Virus record (IMG/VR): IMGVR_UViG_2617271079_000001
Span: 1-64,000 of that record
Source: a virus
Lineage: Duplodnaviria > Caudoviricetes
Length of the DNA stretch: 64,000 bases
Strand: one strand, 5' to 3'
The notes below the pieces were generated by a model. The model made no database searches. It was given only the letters and a program-made list of their open reading frames with translations, and was not told where the DNA came from. Each line of letters opens with the position of its first letter. The first letter of the stretch is position 1. This document shows, piece by piece, positions 19,555 through 29,807 of this stretch. The position numbers were made by a program, and so were the translations under genes.

Positions 19555-20645
19555 TGAAATTACTCAATGAAAATAACGATGTCCGTTTTGCCAAAGGATC
19601 GAATGACGGCTGGAACCCGAACAGAGAAGAGTATCGCCTAGCACCAAACCAGATGAAAGCCTATCTTAATGGCACACCAATGGACGAAGCCCGGAAGATG
19701 ACACCGATTTGGGAAAATGGTGAGCCAGAAACAGCCGCCCCGGCAGTTACTGCAGAACAGCCAACAGAAGAACCTAAGGAGGTTGATAACGTGGTTGAAT
19801 CAGATCAAAGCAAGGTTATGACTCCTGGACTTTATCGTAAACACAAAGATGAAGGTCTAACCGATAAAGAAATCATGGACCGGTACGGAATTAATAACGT
19901 TTATCTCAGCCAGTGGAAGAAAGAGCATTTTACTCCTGAAGAAATCAAGGATATGAGAAAGTCACCACGTAAGGATTTCACCATTAATCCTAAAAAGACC
20001 GCGTTGGCTCGAGATGCAGCAGTAAAGAAAGACGCTTCAGCTAATGAACAGATCCAAGGCGTACTGGCGGAAGTGAAAAGAGATTTTGAAAAAACTCAGG
20101 AAAAGCTGGTCATTAAGAATAACGAAATCCTGAAGCTTTCTGACGAAAACGGTCAGCTGAAACGCCAGCTTTCACAGGCCTTGGAGGAATTGAAGTCAGG
20201 ACCTCCGGCTAGTAGCTATGCTGAAGTGAAAATCAATCAATTAAAAGCAGAGGTGAGCAGCTTGAATAACCAACTAAAAATGTATCAAGATGAAGCAATT
20301 ATCAGCAATGAGATCGAAAAAGTTAATGAAAATCAAGAGCAGGACGTGGAGATTGAGAAACTAAAGAAAGAAGTTATCGATGCTCATAAGTTAGTATCAG
20401 AAATTGAGGATCGATACGAGCGTTTAAAGGTTAATTATGAAACGGCTATGATCAGCAAAGATACGTTGCATCAAGAAAATGTTACTTTGACCAATCGGGC
20501 GGATTCATTGCTTAAGAAAATCAAGCACATGGAAGATACTCATATCCGATTTAATCAGGACTATTCGAAGCTCGAGGAAGAAACTGTAGCCCTTCGCCAA
20601 TATGCAGCAGTGAAAACTCGTTCGGATCTTGAGAGAGTTCAATGA
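19554..20645 (+). CDS. coiled-coil hypothetical protein with HTH-like segment
   Basis: GLTDKEIMDRYGI..LSQWK, long coiled coil. Confidence 0.6.
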   Translation: MKLLNENNDVRFAKGSNDGWNPNREEYRLAPNQMKAYLNGTPMDEARKMTPIWENGEPETAAPAVTAEQPTEEPKEVDNVVESDQSKVMTPGLYRKHKDEGLTDKEIMDRYGINNVYLSQWKKEHFTPEEIKDMRKSPRKDFTINPKKTALARDAAVKKDASANEQIQGVLAEVKRDFEKTQEKLVIKNNEILKLSDENGQLKRQLSQALEELKSGPPASSYAEVKINQLKAEVSSLNNQLKMYQDEAIISNEIEKVNENQEQDVEIEKLKKEVIDAHKLVSEIEDRYERLKVNYETAMISKDTLHQENVTLTNRADSLLKKIKHMEDTHIRFNQDYSKLEEETVALRQYAAVKTRSDLERVQ

Positions 20646-20815
20646 GCCAGGTCCAAGTCATCGATTCTCGGCCGGCTTGGATGAAGAAAGAAGATACTGA
20701 ACACATATGTTTTTCTAGGTGTCCACTGTACCGAAGATGCTCTCGACGAGTAGGTCTTGAGTGCAGGCGGTTAGGCGGGGACATCATACCTAAAATTCGA
20801 GGGTGAGGTTGAACT

Positions 20816-21490
20816 ATGAGTGAACTTAAGGTTTCTCTGTTTGTTGATGGCAAGCGCAATAACCTTCACATTAAAGATGCTTCAGAAGAACTAGTGAAAA
20901 ACATTGCCAACAACTTCTTTAAAAGTGTAGGGGCGGTTGAATTGGAAATGCCACAGTTTGCCACTGGAGGATTGTTTAAAGGTAATAGTTTTACGGGTGA
21001 TGAGTACCGATCGGAAACGGTGGTGGAACCAGTTGATAATGATTTTGAAACAGTCGAGGAGGTTCCGAAAGATCAGGGTTCTGCAAAGGAAGAACCGGAA
21101 GCTGAAAAGGTAAAGCCAGCGTCAAAGAAACTGCCAATGCTTAACCATGATCGTACGCTGAGTCATTCTATGGCAGATTCCTTTAAAAAGATCGGATTGG
21201 CAATTAAGAATACACCTAGCGAGGATTCAGACGATCCAGACTACTTCAAAACAGGCATCAAGGTGAAAGAAGGAGTCAAGCACTACAAAACACGATACTT
21301 CTGCAAAAACAGAAAGTGCGGACACAAAGGGAATCACTACCTACCGGAAGGGACGGAACTCACCTACTGTCACCAGTGTGAAGAGAAGCTCCTGGTCCGG
21401 GAAGCAGCCGAAAACGGATTTCCTAACCGCGATGAATGGGGGAACTTCTATATTGCTGACAGACCAGTTCCAGATGGTGAAGAATCATGA
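20816..21490 (+). CDS. hypothetical protein with C-terminal Zn ribbon
   Basis: YFCKNRKCGH...CHQC. Confidence 0.6.
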   Translation: MSELKVSLFVDGKRNNLHIKDASEELVKNIANNFFKSVGAVELEMPQFATGGLFKGNSFTGDEYRSETVVEPVDNDFETVEEVPKDQGSAKEEPEAEKVKPASKKLPMLNHDRTLSHSMADSFKKIGLAIKNTPSEDSDDPDYFKTGIKVKEGVKHYKTRYFCKNRKCGHKGNHYLPEGTELTYCHQCEEKLLVREAAENGFPNRDEWGNFYIADRPVPDGEES

Positions 21491-21780
21491 GCAAGAAAAA
21501 GCGTAAAGAGAAATTATCTGAGCGTGATCTGAAAGAACTGATGGGAACTAACCAGGCAACGTACCGCCGTCATAAAGGGGCCATTCGCAGGAAATGAGAA
21601 ACACTTTGAGCTTTCATTTCAGAAGATTGAAAAGATACACTTTCATTATTTCATGGCATATGGGTCTGTTTAAATTAGTGAAGTGGATACTAGAAAGATT
21701 ATCAAAAGTGATCAAGTGAAACTGAGGGGGCTGAGGCTCCCCTTTTGACCCATTTTGCGCAACGGATAAGGAGGGAATAG

Positions 21781-21990
21781 ATGGCTAAAATTTTTTTGAA
21801 AGCATATGTAGCTTTTAACATTCTCATAGTAGCAGTTAATGTTATAGCGAATCTTTTCAGCGAAGAGACTTATCAATTTCTATCCAATGAAGATTGGCTA
21901 ATTTTTATAGTTGGATGTGGTGCGTTAGCGATATGCGAGTCCATTGAAAAGAAAGACCCATATAGCGACACAAAGGAGAGGTATAAATGA
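21781..21990 (+). CDS. small membrane protein
   Basis: Two hydrophobic helices; RBS AAGGAGG. Confidence 0.55.
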   Translation: MAKIFLKAYVAFNILIVAVNVIANLFSEETYQFLSNEDWLIFIVGCGALAICESIEKKDPYSDTKERYK

Positions 21991-22229
21991 CTGAATTAGA
22001 TTTATATAAATTCGCCCAGACACAAGAAATTGATTGGCGTGGAGAAAAGCTTTATATATGGATTAGGTTTTGTGACTTGGCTGAATTTACTGGAATGATA
22101 GGATATGACCAGTTTTCTGAAGGCGGAGAGGAAGTAAGTCTGCAACACGATTGCATTTGTGTCGATATAGTCGATATTTGTGAAAGTTACGGCATCGAGC
22201 CTGAAAACATATTTCCAAAAGAAACGTGA
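21987..22229 (+). CDS. hypothetical phage protein
   Basis: RBS AAGGAGAGG. Confidence 0.6.
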   Translation: MTELDLYKFAQTQEIDWRGEKLYIWIRFCDLAEFTGMIGYDQFSEGGEEVSLQHDCICVDIVDICESYGIEPENIFPKET

Positions 22230-22432
22230 TTGATGAACTATCCGATGAAGAAAGGAGAAAAACATGCCAAAAGAGTACCAGTTAACCGAGGAAATGTGGA
22301 ACGCACGATTAAAGAATCCATTCCTACAGAAGAACAATCCCAAGACCCTTTCATGGGATGAGCGGAAAGCCAGGATTGACCTTCTGAAGAAATCCCGATA
22401 TAGAAAATAGAAAATCAATTGGGGGTAGCTGA

Positions 22433-22831
22433 ATGAACAAGCACAAGATTTACAAGATCCTCAAAGATTATCACTGGAAAGTAAAAGAGATCAAGCGCAT
22501 CGATAATTTTCTTGAAGACACCGATTTCAAAGGGGTGGCTCAGTACGGAACTGAAGCTGCTATGCCAACCGGTCAAGGAGTAGTAAGTAAAGCCCTGGAG
22601 AATGAAATCTTAAGAAGGTCAAAAAAGTCAGAGCGATTAATGGAGTACATCAAAGAGGTTAATTACATAAACGAGCGTCTCCACCTAGTCTCTGATGATA
22701 AGCAGAAGGTGATTCTCGATTGCATGTTGGATGGAATGAGTATAACAGGCATTTCTAAACACATGGGATTCAGCAGACCATACGTCCACAAGATCCAGGA
22801 TAGCATCGTTAACACCTTGGCAGGCGATTGA
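22433..22831 (+). CDS. late-gene activator (ArpU/RinA-like, sigma region 4 HTH)
   Basis: C-terminal HTH GMSITGISKHMGFSRPYV; position before packaging genes. Confidence 0.7.
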   Translation: MNKHKIYKILKDYHWKVKEIKRIDNFLEDTDFKGVAQYGTEAAMPTGQGVVSKALENEILRRSKKSERLMEYIKEVNYINERLHLVSDDKQKVILDCMLDGMSITGISKHMGFSRPYVHKIQDSIVNTLAGD

Positions 22832-23526
22832 CACACAAATTGAAGGAGTGGTAATCATGAGCATTAAAACATGTAGTCTTTTTATAGTTTCTGATGAAGA
22901 TAACCTTTACTTTGAACGTGTTGGTAGTCTTGTATCGGAAGCGAGTTTGGGTGTCACGCTAGATTTAGGAAATGACAAAGCTGACTTTGAATGGTCAGAA
23001 GTGACAAGGATTAATTAATACAATGCACTATACGATGATCAGGCGAAAAGCTACATTTGATACACATTTAACACAATTGGAAAAAGATTCCCCTGATATG
23101 ATAAACTGACGATGATAGTTTGATGAAAATACAAGGAAAGGGTTACCCTCCTTTCCTGTCTTCCTTGAAAGAACTCTACTTCCTGCGGTAGGGTTCTTTT
23201 TCCGTTCTTTGTAAACAAGATGATCCAGTTAGCCTGTAAGACCATGGTTACCTACCACTCTTATAGCATGGATATCTTGTTTAGAGAGAATGAGGAGGGG
23301 GCAAATGAGATACTTACCATTAATGTTACTGATGAGTGGAATGAGTTTTCTTTTGACGAGGAAAAAGCCAATTGTTGAGGAATGTGGTTACCACATCATT
23401 AGCGATTACAACGGGAGAGTCACATTTGCTCTGACAGATCCACAAGGGGGCATCATCGATATTATGGTGACGGATGACTTCTGGGAAGTTGCTGAGTAGA
23501 TCGTTACTTGAAGGGAGGTGTTATCA

Positions 23527-23643
23527 ATGGGAAAGAAAGGTGAACACAAAGCCGGACCGGTATCCAAAGAAAACACGTCTAACACGAGTAAGAAAGACAG
23601 CCGTAAAACAGGACGCGTCGGTGCTAATAAGAACAAAAAATAA
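23527..23643 (+). CDS. unannotated 38-aa basic peptide
   Basis: RBS GGGAGGTG; MGKKGEHKAGPVSKENTSNTSKKDSRKTGRVGANKNKK. Confidence 0.5.
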   Translation: MGKKGEHKAGPVSKENTSNTSKKDSRKTGRVGANKNKK

Positions 23644-23719
23644 TATGTTCTCTTTACTAAGCTGCATGAGGTTTTATCCTCGTGTGGTTTGGTAAGAAGA
23701 TCGTAAAGGGGATCAATTT

Positions 23720-24007
23720 ATGTTACCAGTTGAAGTTAAGGTGGCGGGCGTTACATATAAGGTGTCTGAAAAAGAGTACGTTGAAATTAACGATAACAAG
23801 AATTACGCTGGATCATGTTGCTACAATGATTCGGAAATAACCGTTCTCAACACGTTGAGCGATACAAGGAAAGAGCAGGTATTTGTTCACGAACTGGTAC
23901 ACGCCATTTTGATGGAAGCGGGATATGATGATCATGATGAGGACCAGGTAAATAGAATCGGAATTGTTTTGCATCAAGTGCTGAGAGATAACAATTTGAA
24001 GTTTTAA
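23720..24007 (+). CDS. small zincin-like metallopeptidase
   Basis: HELVH motif, later DEDQV. Confidence 0.75.
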   Translation: MLPVEVKVAGVTYKVSEKEYVEINDNKNYAGSCCYNDSEITVLNTLSDTRKEQVFVHELVHAILMEAGYDDHDEDQVNRIGIVLHQVLRDNNLKF

Positions 24008-24014
24008 AATAAAT

Positions 24015-24041
24015 GCAGGAAAATATCTCCTTTTGTCGAAT
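24015..24041 (+). promoter_or_regulatory. sigmaH-type promoter
   Basis: GCAGGAAAA-N11-GTCGAAT matches the consensus exactly. Confidence 0.65.
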
Positions 24042-24066
24042 TTGTAAGTCGAAAGGAGAGTGTGGA

Positions 24067-24291
24067 ATGCAATATATAATTAAGTATCATCTGGGTGACA
24101 ATTTAGCTGTAAGCAGAATAGTTGAAGGGGAAAACAAAGAAATAGCGCTTCTAAACAATTCTAGTACAGAGAATATTACCTATGAGGACACCAAGGGCGT
24201 TATATACAGATTTAACATGAGTGATGTCAAATTAATGACCGTTCACGAATATAAGAATCCAACTGCAAGATCAGTAAAAGGATTTAGGTAA
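24067..24291 (+). CDS. moron protein 1
   Basis: RBS AAAGGAG; downstream of sigmaH motif. Confidence 0.6.
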   Translation: MQYIIKYHLGDNLAVSRIVEGENKEIALLNNSSTENITYEDTKGVIYRFNMSDVKLMTVHEYKNPTARSVKGFR

Positions 24292-24295
24292 CTCG

Positions 24296-24523
24296 ATGAA
24301 AATTAAAGTCGTTATGGACAGTGGTAAAGAGTACGTTACTGAAAAATTTCCTACGATGAAAGCTTTCTTGGAAAAGAACATATCAACTCCAAACACGATC
24401 AACTTAATTACCTTGGATGAAAAGGGAAAGATACTCGTTAATACCTCTCATATATCGTCTATTGAGGTATTGGGTGATGTTAAAGTTGAGTACGATGATA
24501 GCGATCCATTGGTATACGATTAA
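24296..24523 (+). CDS. moron protein 2
   Basis: ORF followed by terminator. Confidence 0.6.
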   Translation: MKIKVVMDSGKEYVTEKFPTMKAFLEKNISTPNTINLITLDEKGKILVNTSHISSIEVLGDVKVEYDDSDPLVYD

Positions 24524-24528
24524 AGGCA

Positions 24529-24551
24529 GGCATCCTTCGGGGTGCTTTTTC
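24529..24551 (+). terminator. intrinsic terminator
   Basis: GCATCC-TTCG-GGGTGC-TTTTT. Confidence 0.7.
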
Positions 24552-24601
24552 TTATGTCCAAAACAAACAATTCACCTTGGAGGTGGCGGCGGTGATATGA
24601 C

Positions 24602-25360
24602 ATGGCTGAGAATTATGTGAAAGCAGAGAACGATTATGTAAAAGGAATGAAATATAAAGACATCGCAGAAAAATACGGTGTCTCTTTAAATACAGTGAAG
24701 TCCTGGAAGAAGCGTTATGGATGGTCTCGAGAAAAGGGTGCACACAAAAAGAAAGGGGTGCACCCAAAAAACGAGACAAGGGGCGCGCCGAAGAAAAACA
24801 AGAATGCTGTTGGTCACGGTGCTCCTAAGAGAAATCAAAATGCAACCTCTCATGGTTTCTTTGCCAAGTATCTTCCCCAGGAATCATTGGACATCATAGA
24901 GAGCCTTCAAGAGAAATCCGGCGCTGATATGATTTGGGATCAGATACAGATACAGTATGCGGCCATTATCCGTGCTCAGAAGATTATGTTCGTTACAGAC
25001 AAAAACGAAATGATTAAAGAGCTCAAGAAAGAAAAGGAAAGCTGGGGAGACGGTTCAGGAAGCGAAGAGAAGGAATGGGACTTCCAATTCGCTTGGGATC
25101 GCCAGGCTACATTTTTAAATGCTCAATCCCGGGCCATGAGTGAACTCAGAAGTCTTATCAAGCAGTTCGATGACATTGCACACATCGAAGACGAGCGAAG
25201 ATTGAAGCTAGAGCAAATGTCAGTATCCATCGATAAGACAAAAGCAGAAATCACTCGTCTTGAAGGTGATCAAGATAAGAACAAAGGTCAAGAGGATTGG
25301 AAAGATGCTCTTCTCGAAGTGGCTGAGCGCCGAAAGAAGGTGAAGGCCGATGAGCAATAA
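24602..25360 (+). CDS. terS: terminase small subunit
   Basis: N-terminal [28 protein letters not shown]; [11 protein letters not shown]. Confidence 0.9.
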   Translation: MAENYVKAENDYVKGMKYKDIAEKYGVSLNTVKSWKKRYGWSREKGAHKKKGVHPKNETRGAPKKNKNAVGHGAPKRNQNATSHGFFAKYLPQESLDIIESLQEKSGADMIWDQIQIQYAAIIRAQKIMFVTDKNEMIKELKKEKESWGDGSGSEEKEWDFQFAWDRQATFLNAQSRAMSELRSLIKQFDDIAHIEDERRLKLEQMSVSIDKTKAEITRLEGDQDKNKGQEDWKDALLEVAERRKKVKADEQ

Positions 25361-26765
25361 ACCTTATAACGTGCTGGTAAGCCTCATCGATGTGTACTGG
25401 GATGACCCGGTTGCGTTCGCTGAGGATATTCTAGGTTTCTCTCCTGATGAGTGGCAGCAGAACGTATTGAATGATTTGGCTCATAATCGATTCGTTTCTG
25501 TTCGAAGCGGTCAAGGAGTCGGGAAGACAGGGCTTGAAGCGATAACGGTCATCTGGTACCTGTGCTGCAGACCGAACCCGAAAGTCATTTGCACCGCTCC
25601 TACCAGGCAACAGCTGAATGATGTACTGTGGGCAGAGATAGCCAAGTGGCTTGAATCCTCCATGGTGAAGAACTTTCTGAAGTGGACGAAGACAAAGGTG
25701 TACATGATTGGCAGTGAAGAACGGTGGTTTGCGACTGCCCGAACCGCTACCAAACCTGAAAATATGCAGGGATTTCATGAAGACTACATGCTATTTGTGG
25801 TTGATGAAGCTTCCGGTGTTGCTGATAACATCATGGAAGCGATATTCGGTACTTTATCCGGTGAAGAAAACAAACTGCTCATGTGTGGGAATCCCACTCG
25901 GACGAGCGGTTTTTTTTATGACTCTCACCATAAAGATCGTGCTGATTATAAAACCCATAAGGTCAGCAGCTGGGACTCACCTCGCGCCAGTAAAGAAAAC
26001 ATCGAGCGGCTTATCAGGAAGTACGGTAAGGATTCAGATGTTGTGCGGGTCCGTGTGTACGGTGAATTCCCTAAGTCGGAGCCTGATGTATTCATCCCTC
26101 TTGAAATGGCTGAGATGGCCACAGAGAACGAGGTAGAGCCTAGAGGAAACACCGTCACTCTTGGCGTCGATGTCGCCCGGTACGGGGATGACGAAACGGT
26201 TATCGCTCCTCGAATGGGAGGAAAGGTATTTGACCTCCAAACTTACAACAAACAGGGAACAACCGAAACGACTGGACGGATCATTGAAACGGCTCGTCAT
26301 TTCTATTCTGAATACCGAGTACATACAGTCCGAGTCAACATAGATGACGACGGTGTGGGTGGCGGTGTGACGGATGAGCTGAATGAATTCATCCGGGATA
26401 GCATCCTTCCTTTTGCCATCATCGTGAATCCGATCGGGAACGGACGGAAAGCCCATGATGAAGAGCATTACGAAAACCGCGGTACTGAAATGTGGGCGGC
26501 CATCAGGGATAACCTTAAGGAAAACCTTACAGCATTTGTGAACGGGGAGAAGGCAACCGTCCAGCTCCCGGCAGATGACAGGCTTATTTCGCAGTTGACC
26601 ACACGTAAGTACAAAATGACATCAAAGGGTCGCATTGCCTTAGAGAGAAAAGAAGAGATGAAAAAGCGTGGTCTTGATTCTCCGGATAGAGCGGATGCCG
26701 TTTCCCTTGCCTTTGCGACAGAAAAAGAAATGAATTGGAGCGACGAACGTCCTGCCGGCTGGTAG
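25350..26765 (+). CDS. terL: terminase large subunit
   Basis: [35 protein letters not shown]. Confidence 0.95.
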   Translation: MSNKPYNVLVSLIDVYWDDPVAFAEDILGFSPDEWQQNVLNDLAHNRFVSVRSGQGVGKTGLEAITVIWYLCCRPNPKVICTAPTRQQLNDVLWAEIAKWLESSMVKNFLKWTKTKVYMIGSEERWFATARTATKPENMQGFHEDYMLFVVDEASGVADNIMEAIFGTLSGEENKLLMCGNPTRTSGFFYDSHHKDRADYKTHKVSSWDSPRASKENIERLIRKYGKDSDVVRVRVYGEFPKSEPDVFIPLEMAEMATENEVEPRGNTVTLGVDVARYGDDETVIAPRMGGKVFDLQTYNKQGTTETTGRIIETARHFYSEYRVHTVRVNIDDDGVGGGVTDELNEFIRDSILPFAIIVNPIGNGRKAHDEEHYENRGTEMWAAIRDNLKENLTAFVNGEKATVQLPADDRLISQLTTRKYKMTSKGRIALERKEEMKKRGLDSPDRADAVSLAFATEKEMNWSDERPAGW

Positions 26766-26798
26766 GGCTTTTATTTTGCTTAGAAAGGATGTGAGTCC

Positions 26799-28328
26799 AT
26801 GACGATTGAGTATATCAACAGCAGTTTCCCTCCACCGCCCTTTGACGATGAGTTTAGCCTAATGGCATTTTACCGGGATCTTTACGAAGGGAATCATGAG
26901 AACATCTTCCCGAGAGCACAGGAGCTTGCGAAGGATGGCCAGATCACGAAGAATGACCTCCGGAAGTCCAGGCGTCGTTATTACAAATACAATGCTGAAA
27001 AGTTAGCGCAGCAGCACGCTGTTCATCATTACGTGGTTGTCAACTTCGCATCGGTGATCAGTGAACTGCCGGCGGATTTGATTAACCGGTCACTTGGAAA
27101 TGTCTCAGCGGATACCGAGACCGATAAGTCTTATTTGGATTTCGTTGAGAGCGTGACCAAACACTCTAAAACCAAAAAAAATCTATGGGCCGCCATCGTC
27201 CAACATCAGGTGGATGGATCCGTAGCCTATCGCATCCGAAAAAAGGATGACAAGGTGTGGTTCGAATGGAAGCCATCAGACTTCTATCTGGAACATGATG
27301 ACGGATTAGGGTGTGACATCGCCTGGATTGAAAACAGGGGCGTGAATAACAAAGAGCAATACCTCAGGGTTGAACGGCAGCGGCTGAATGAAAACGGACT
27401 GTTACTGGAGAATCTGGTATATGAAATGAAGCATGATACCGTTAAAGAACAGCTGGACATATCGGAATATGCCGAACGTTTCGATATGGAGATTATACCT
27501 GAGCAAGAACTTGATGGTGTAGACGAGTTAATGGCCGGGATCGTGGCAAATGATGAAACCTTGATGCATCCCCGAGGTCGTTCCGGTCTTCGGAATGTAG
27601 ATGTCATCCAGGAAGAAATCAATTACACCATCACCCGGGACTCAATTGTGTTTGAAAAGCATGGGAAACCAAAGCTTGCGATTCCATCGAGACTATGGAG
27701 TAGTGTATCGGAAAAGAACAAAGGACACTACGGTGCCCCGTTCGTCCGGAACGCTGACCTTGAAGTCGTTTCGTATGATGAGAAGAATGGAGCGGTTCCT
27801 CTTTATATCACTTGGAACGCCCAGACTGAACAAAGCTTCAAACACGTTACCCGTCTAATTGATCACATGATGGCCATATCCAAAACTTCACCGGAAGCGG
27901 CAGGAATTAACTCCGGAGACGGTGGCCGCTCGGCTATTGCTATTCTTTACGAGTGGATCCAATCAGTTGTAAAAGCTGAAGCCATTCAGAGAAAGTTTGA
28001 TGCAGGTCTAAAAGAAATTTATCGCAAGTGTGCAATATTGGAAAACGCGATCAGCAATACCAATCTTCCTGTCGATTCAGACATCGTAATGGAATGGCGA
28101 GAGATGCTGCCTAAAGCGAACGATGAACGAAATGATGAGGAAATCAAGAAATATGAAGCTGGTGCCCAATCACTTGAACAGACGGTAAGGGCTATGCATC
28201 CTGAATGGTCTGAAGAAGCAATTCAAGCTGAAATCCAAAAAATCGAAGACGAGAAAGCAATTGACAGTTTCAGTCCTCAGTTGATTCAGCCTCCTAAAAC
28301 CGCGATAGGTGATGAAGGAGATGAATAA
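26799..28328 (+). CDS. portal protein
   Basis: Position after terL, ~510 aa, HPEWSEEAIQAEIQKI C-terminus. Confidence 0.85.
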   Translation: MTIEYINSSFPPPPFDDEFSLMAFYRDLYEGNHENIFPRAQELAKDGQITKNDLRKSRRRYYKYNAEKLAQQHAVHHYVVVNFASVISELPADLINRSLGNVSADTETDKSYLDFVESVTKHSKTKKNLWAAIVQHQVDGSVAYRIRKKDDKVWFEWKPSDFYLEHDDGLGCDIAWIENRGVNNKEQYLRVERQRLNENGLLLENLVYEMKHDTVKEQLDISEYAERFDMEIIPEQELDGVDELMAGIVANDETLMHPRGRSGLRNVDVIQEEINYTITRDSIVFEKHGKPKLAIPSRLWSSVSEKNKGHYGAPFVRNADLEVVSYDEKNGAVPLYITWNAQTEQSFKHVTRLIDHMMAISKTSPEAAGINSGDGGRSAIAILYEWIQSVVKAEAIQRKFDAGLKEIYRKCAILENAISNTNLPVDSDIVMEWREMLPKANDERNDEEIKKYEAGAQSLEQTVRAMHPEWSEEAIQAEIQKIEDEKAIDSFSPQLIQPPKTAIGDEGDE

Positions 28329-29373
28329 TACTGAGAAATTGATTCAGCTGTATACTGAAGCAAACCTGCAGCTGTTGGCTCTCATTCAAACACTTGAAGA
28401 GGGACCAACAAAGCGGAAGAAAGAGCAACTTCAGAAACAAGTGCAGAGCATGTTGAATCAATTGACCGAAACTGCTGCAGAAGGTGCCAGGCAAATCATT
28501 GAGGACTCTTACGGTGACGGATCAGCCGCGGCGATTAGAGAACTCAAACGACAGGGCATCCTTGCTTCTCAGTTGGAGACCACCATGAAAACTGTCCTTC
28601 ATACCAGGGCAGTACAGGCCATTGTGGATGAAACCTTTTACCGGATCCTTGAAGCAACCGATCATATGGCACAGGATGCGAAAGATCGTATAGAAAACAT
28701 TGTCAGAACGGCGAATCAGCGTTCTCTGGTGGAAGGCGTATCAAGACGCCAAGCAACTAAAGACGCCATTGCTGAAGTGAATCAGGTGGGTATCAGGGGG
28801 ATGGTCGCAAAGAATGGAGCCGTTATTCCGGCAGAAAAGTATATGGCCAATGTCATACAGTATCATCAACGGCAGGCTCACGTTGAAGGGGTCCTGAACC
28901 GAATGATTGATAACAACAATGATCTGGTCTATGTCAATACAGTTGGTATCACCTGTCAGCTCTGCGCTCAGCATCAGGGGCGTGTGTATTCGTTAACGGG
29001 TAAAGATAGCCGGTTTCCTAAGTTGACTGTCAGACCTCCTTATCATGGCCACTGCGTCCATTCGACTAGCCCATGGGTTGAGGAATACCACGATGAACTG
29101 GAAGTCAGAAGAATGCTGAAGGACTCCAATCGTCCTTTTGAAGACAATCGCTCCCAACAGAACATCAAACGGTATGAGGAAAGACAAAAAGAGAAGTCAC
29201 AAAAGAACGAAACCTATAAACAATGGATTCGTTACAAAGCCAGGATGCCGGACTTGCCTGATCTCCGACAATTCGCCAGTCAAAAGGCAAGGGGTACCAA
29301 AACTTTTGAACGATGGCAGGAGGATTATCGAAAAGTAGGTAGTGAAATTAAATTGAGAGGTGAAAAAGCATGA
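28321..29373 (+). CDS. minor capsid / head morphogenesis protein
   Basis: CQLCAQHQGRVYS...PPYHGHCVH. Confidence 0.8.
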   Translation: MNNTEKLIQLYTEANLQLLALIQTLEEGPTKRKKEQLQKQVQSMLNQLTETAAEGARQIIEDSYGDGSAAAIRELKRQGILASQLETTMKTVLHTRAVQAIVDETFYRILEATDHMAQDAKDRIENIVRTANQRSLVEGVSRRQATKDAIAEVNQVGIRGMVAKNGAVIPAEKYMANVIQYHQRQAHVEGVLNRMIDNNNDLVYVNTVGITCQLCAQHQGRVYSLTGKDSRFPKLTVRPPYHGHCVHSTSPWVEEYHDELEVRRMLKDSNRPFEDNRSQQNIKRYEERQKEKSQKNETYKQWIRYKARMPDLPDLRQFASQKARGTKTFERWQEDYRKVGSEIKLRGEKA

Positions 29374-29759
29374 AGTTAACCAATTACCTTGAGGACAAAC
29401 TAGCCAATCATGTATTAAAAGGCACAGCGTATTCTCCGCCGGCTAATGTATTTATTGCTTTGCACACCGCTGATCCAACGGAAGCGGGGAATGTCGGAGA
29501 AGTAACGACAGTTGCATATCCATCTTATGCACGAAAGCAGATTGCCTTTGGTGCTGTTTCGAATGGGATGTGTGGGAATTCAGCCGACTTGACTTGGAAC
29601 ATTGATGGTGGCGGAGTAACCTTTTCCCATGTGACATTGTGGGATGCTGCTACAAACGGAAATCCTTTGTTCCATGGTGCTCTTTCGCAACCGGAAACCA
29701 TGTCGAACGGCAATGTGTTCAGAATCCCGTCATCACAACTTTCTGTAGGGTTTGATTGA
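29370..29759 (+). CDS. virion structural protein (fibre/decoration-like)
   Basis: FIALHTADP, SYARKQIAF, LWDAATNGN pattern. Confidence 0.65.
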   Translation: MKLTNYLEDKLANHVLKGTAYSPPANVFIALHTADPTEAGNVGEVTTVAYPSYARKQIAFGAVSNGMCGNSADLTWNIDGGGVTFSHVTLWDAATNGNPLFHGALSQPETMSNGNVFRIPSSQLSVGFD

Positions 29760-29807
29760 TATGAGCGACATAAAGCTGACGGTTAATTCTACGGAGTTTG
29801 CGGTGTA

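Noticed and set aside
23720-24007. ImmA-type antirepressor of prophage 1
   Set aside because: Only 95 aa, in the late region and without an SOS box; more like the small zincins commonly found near terminase genes
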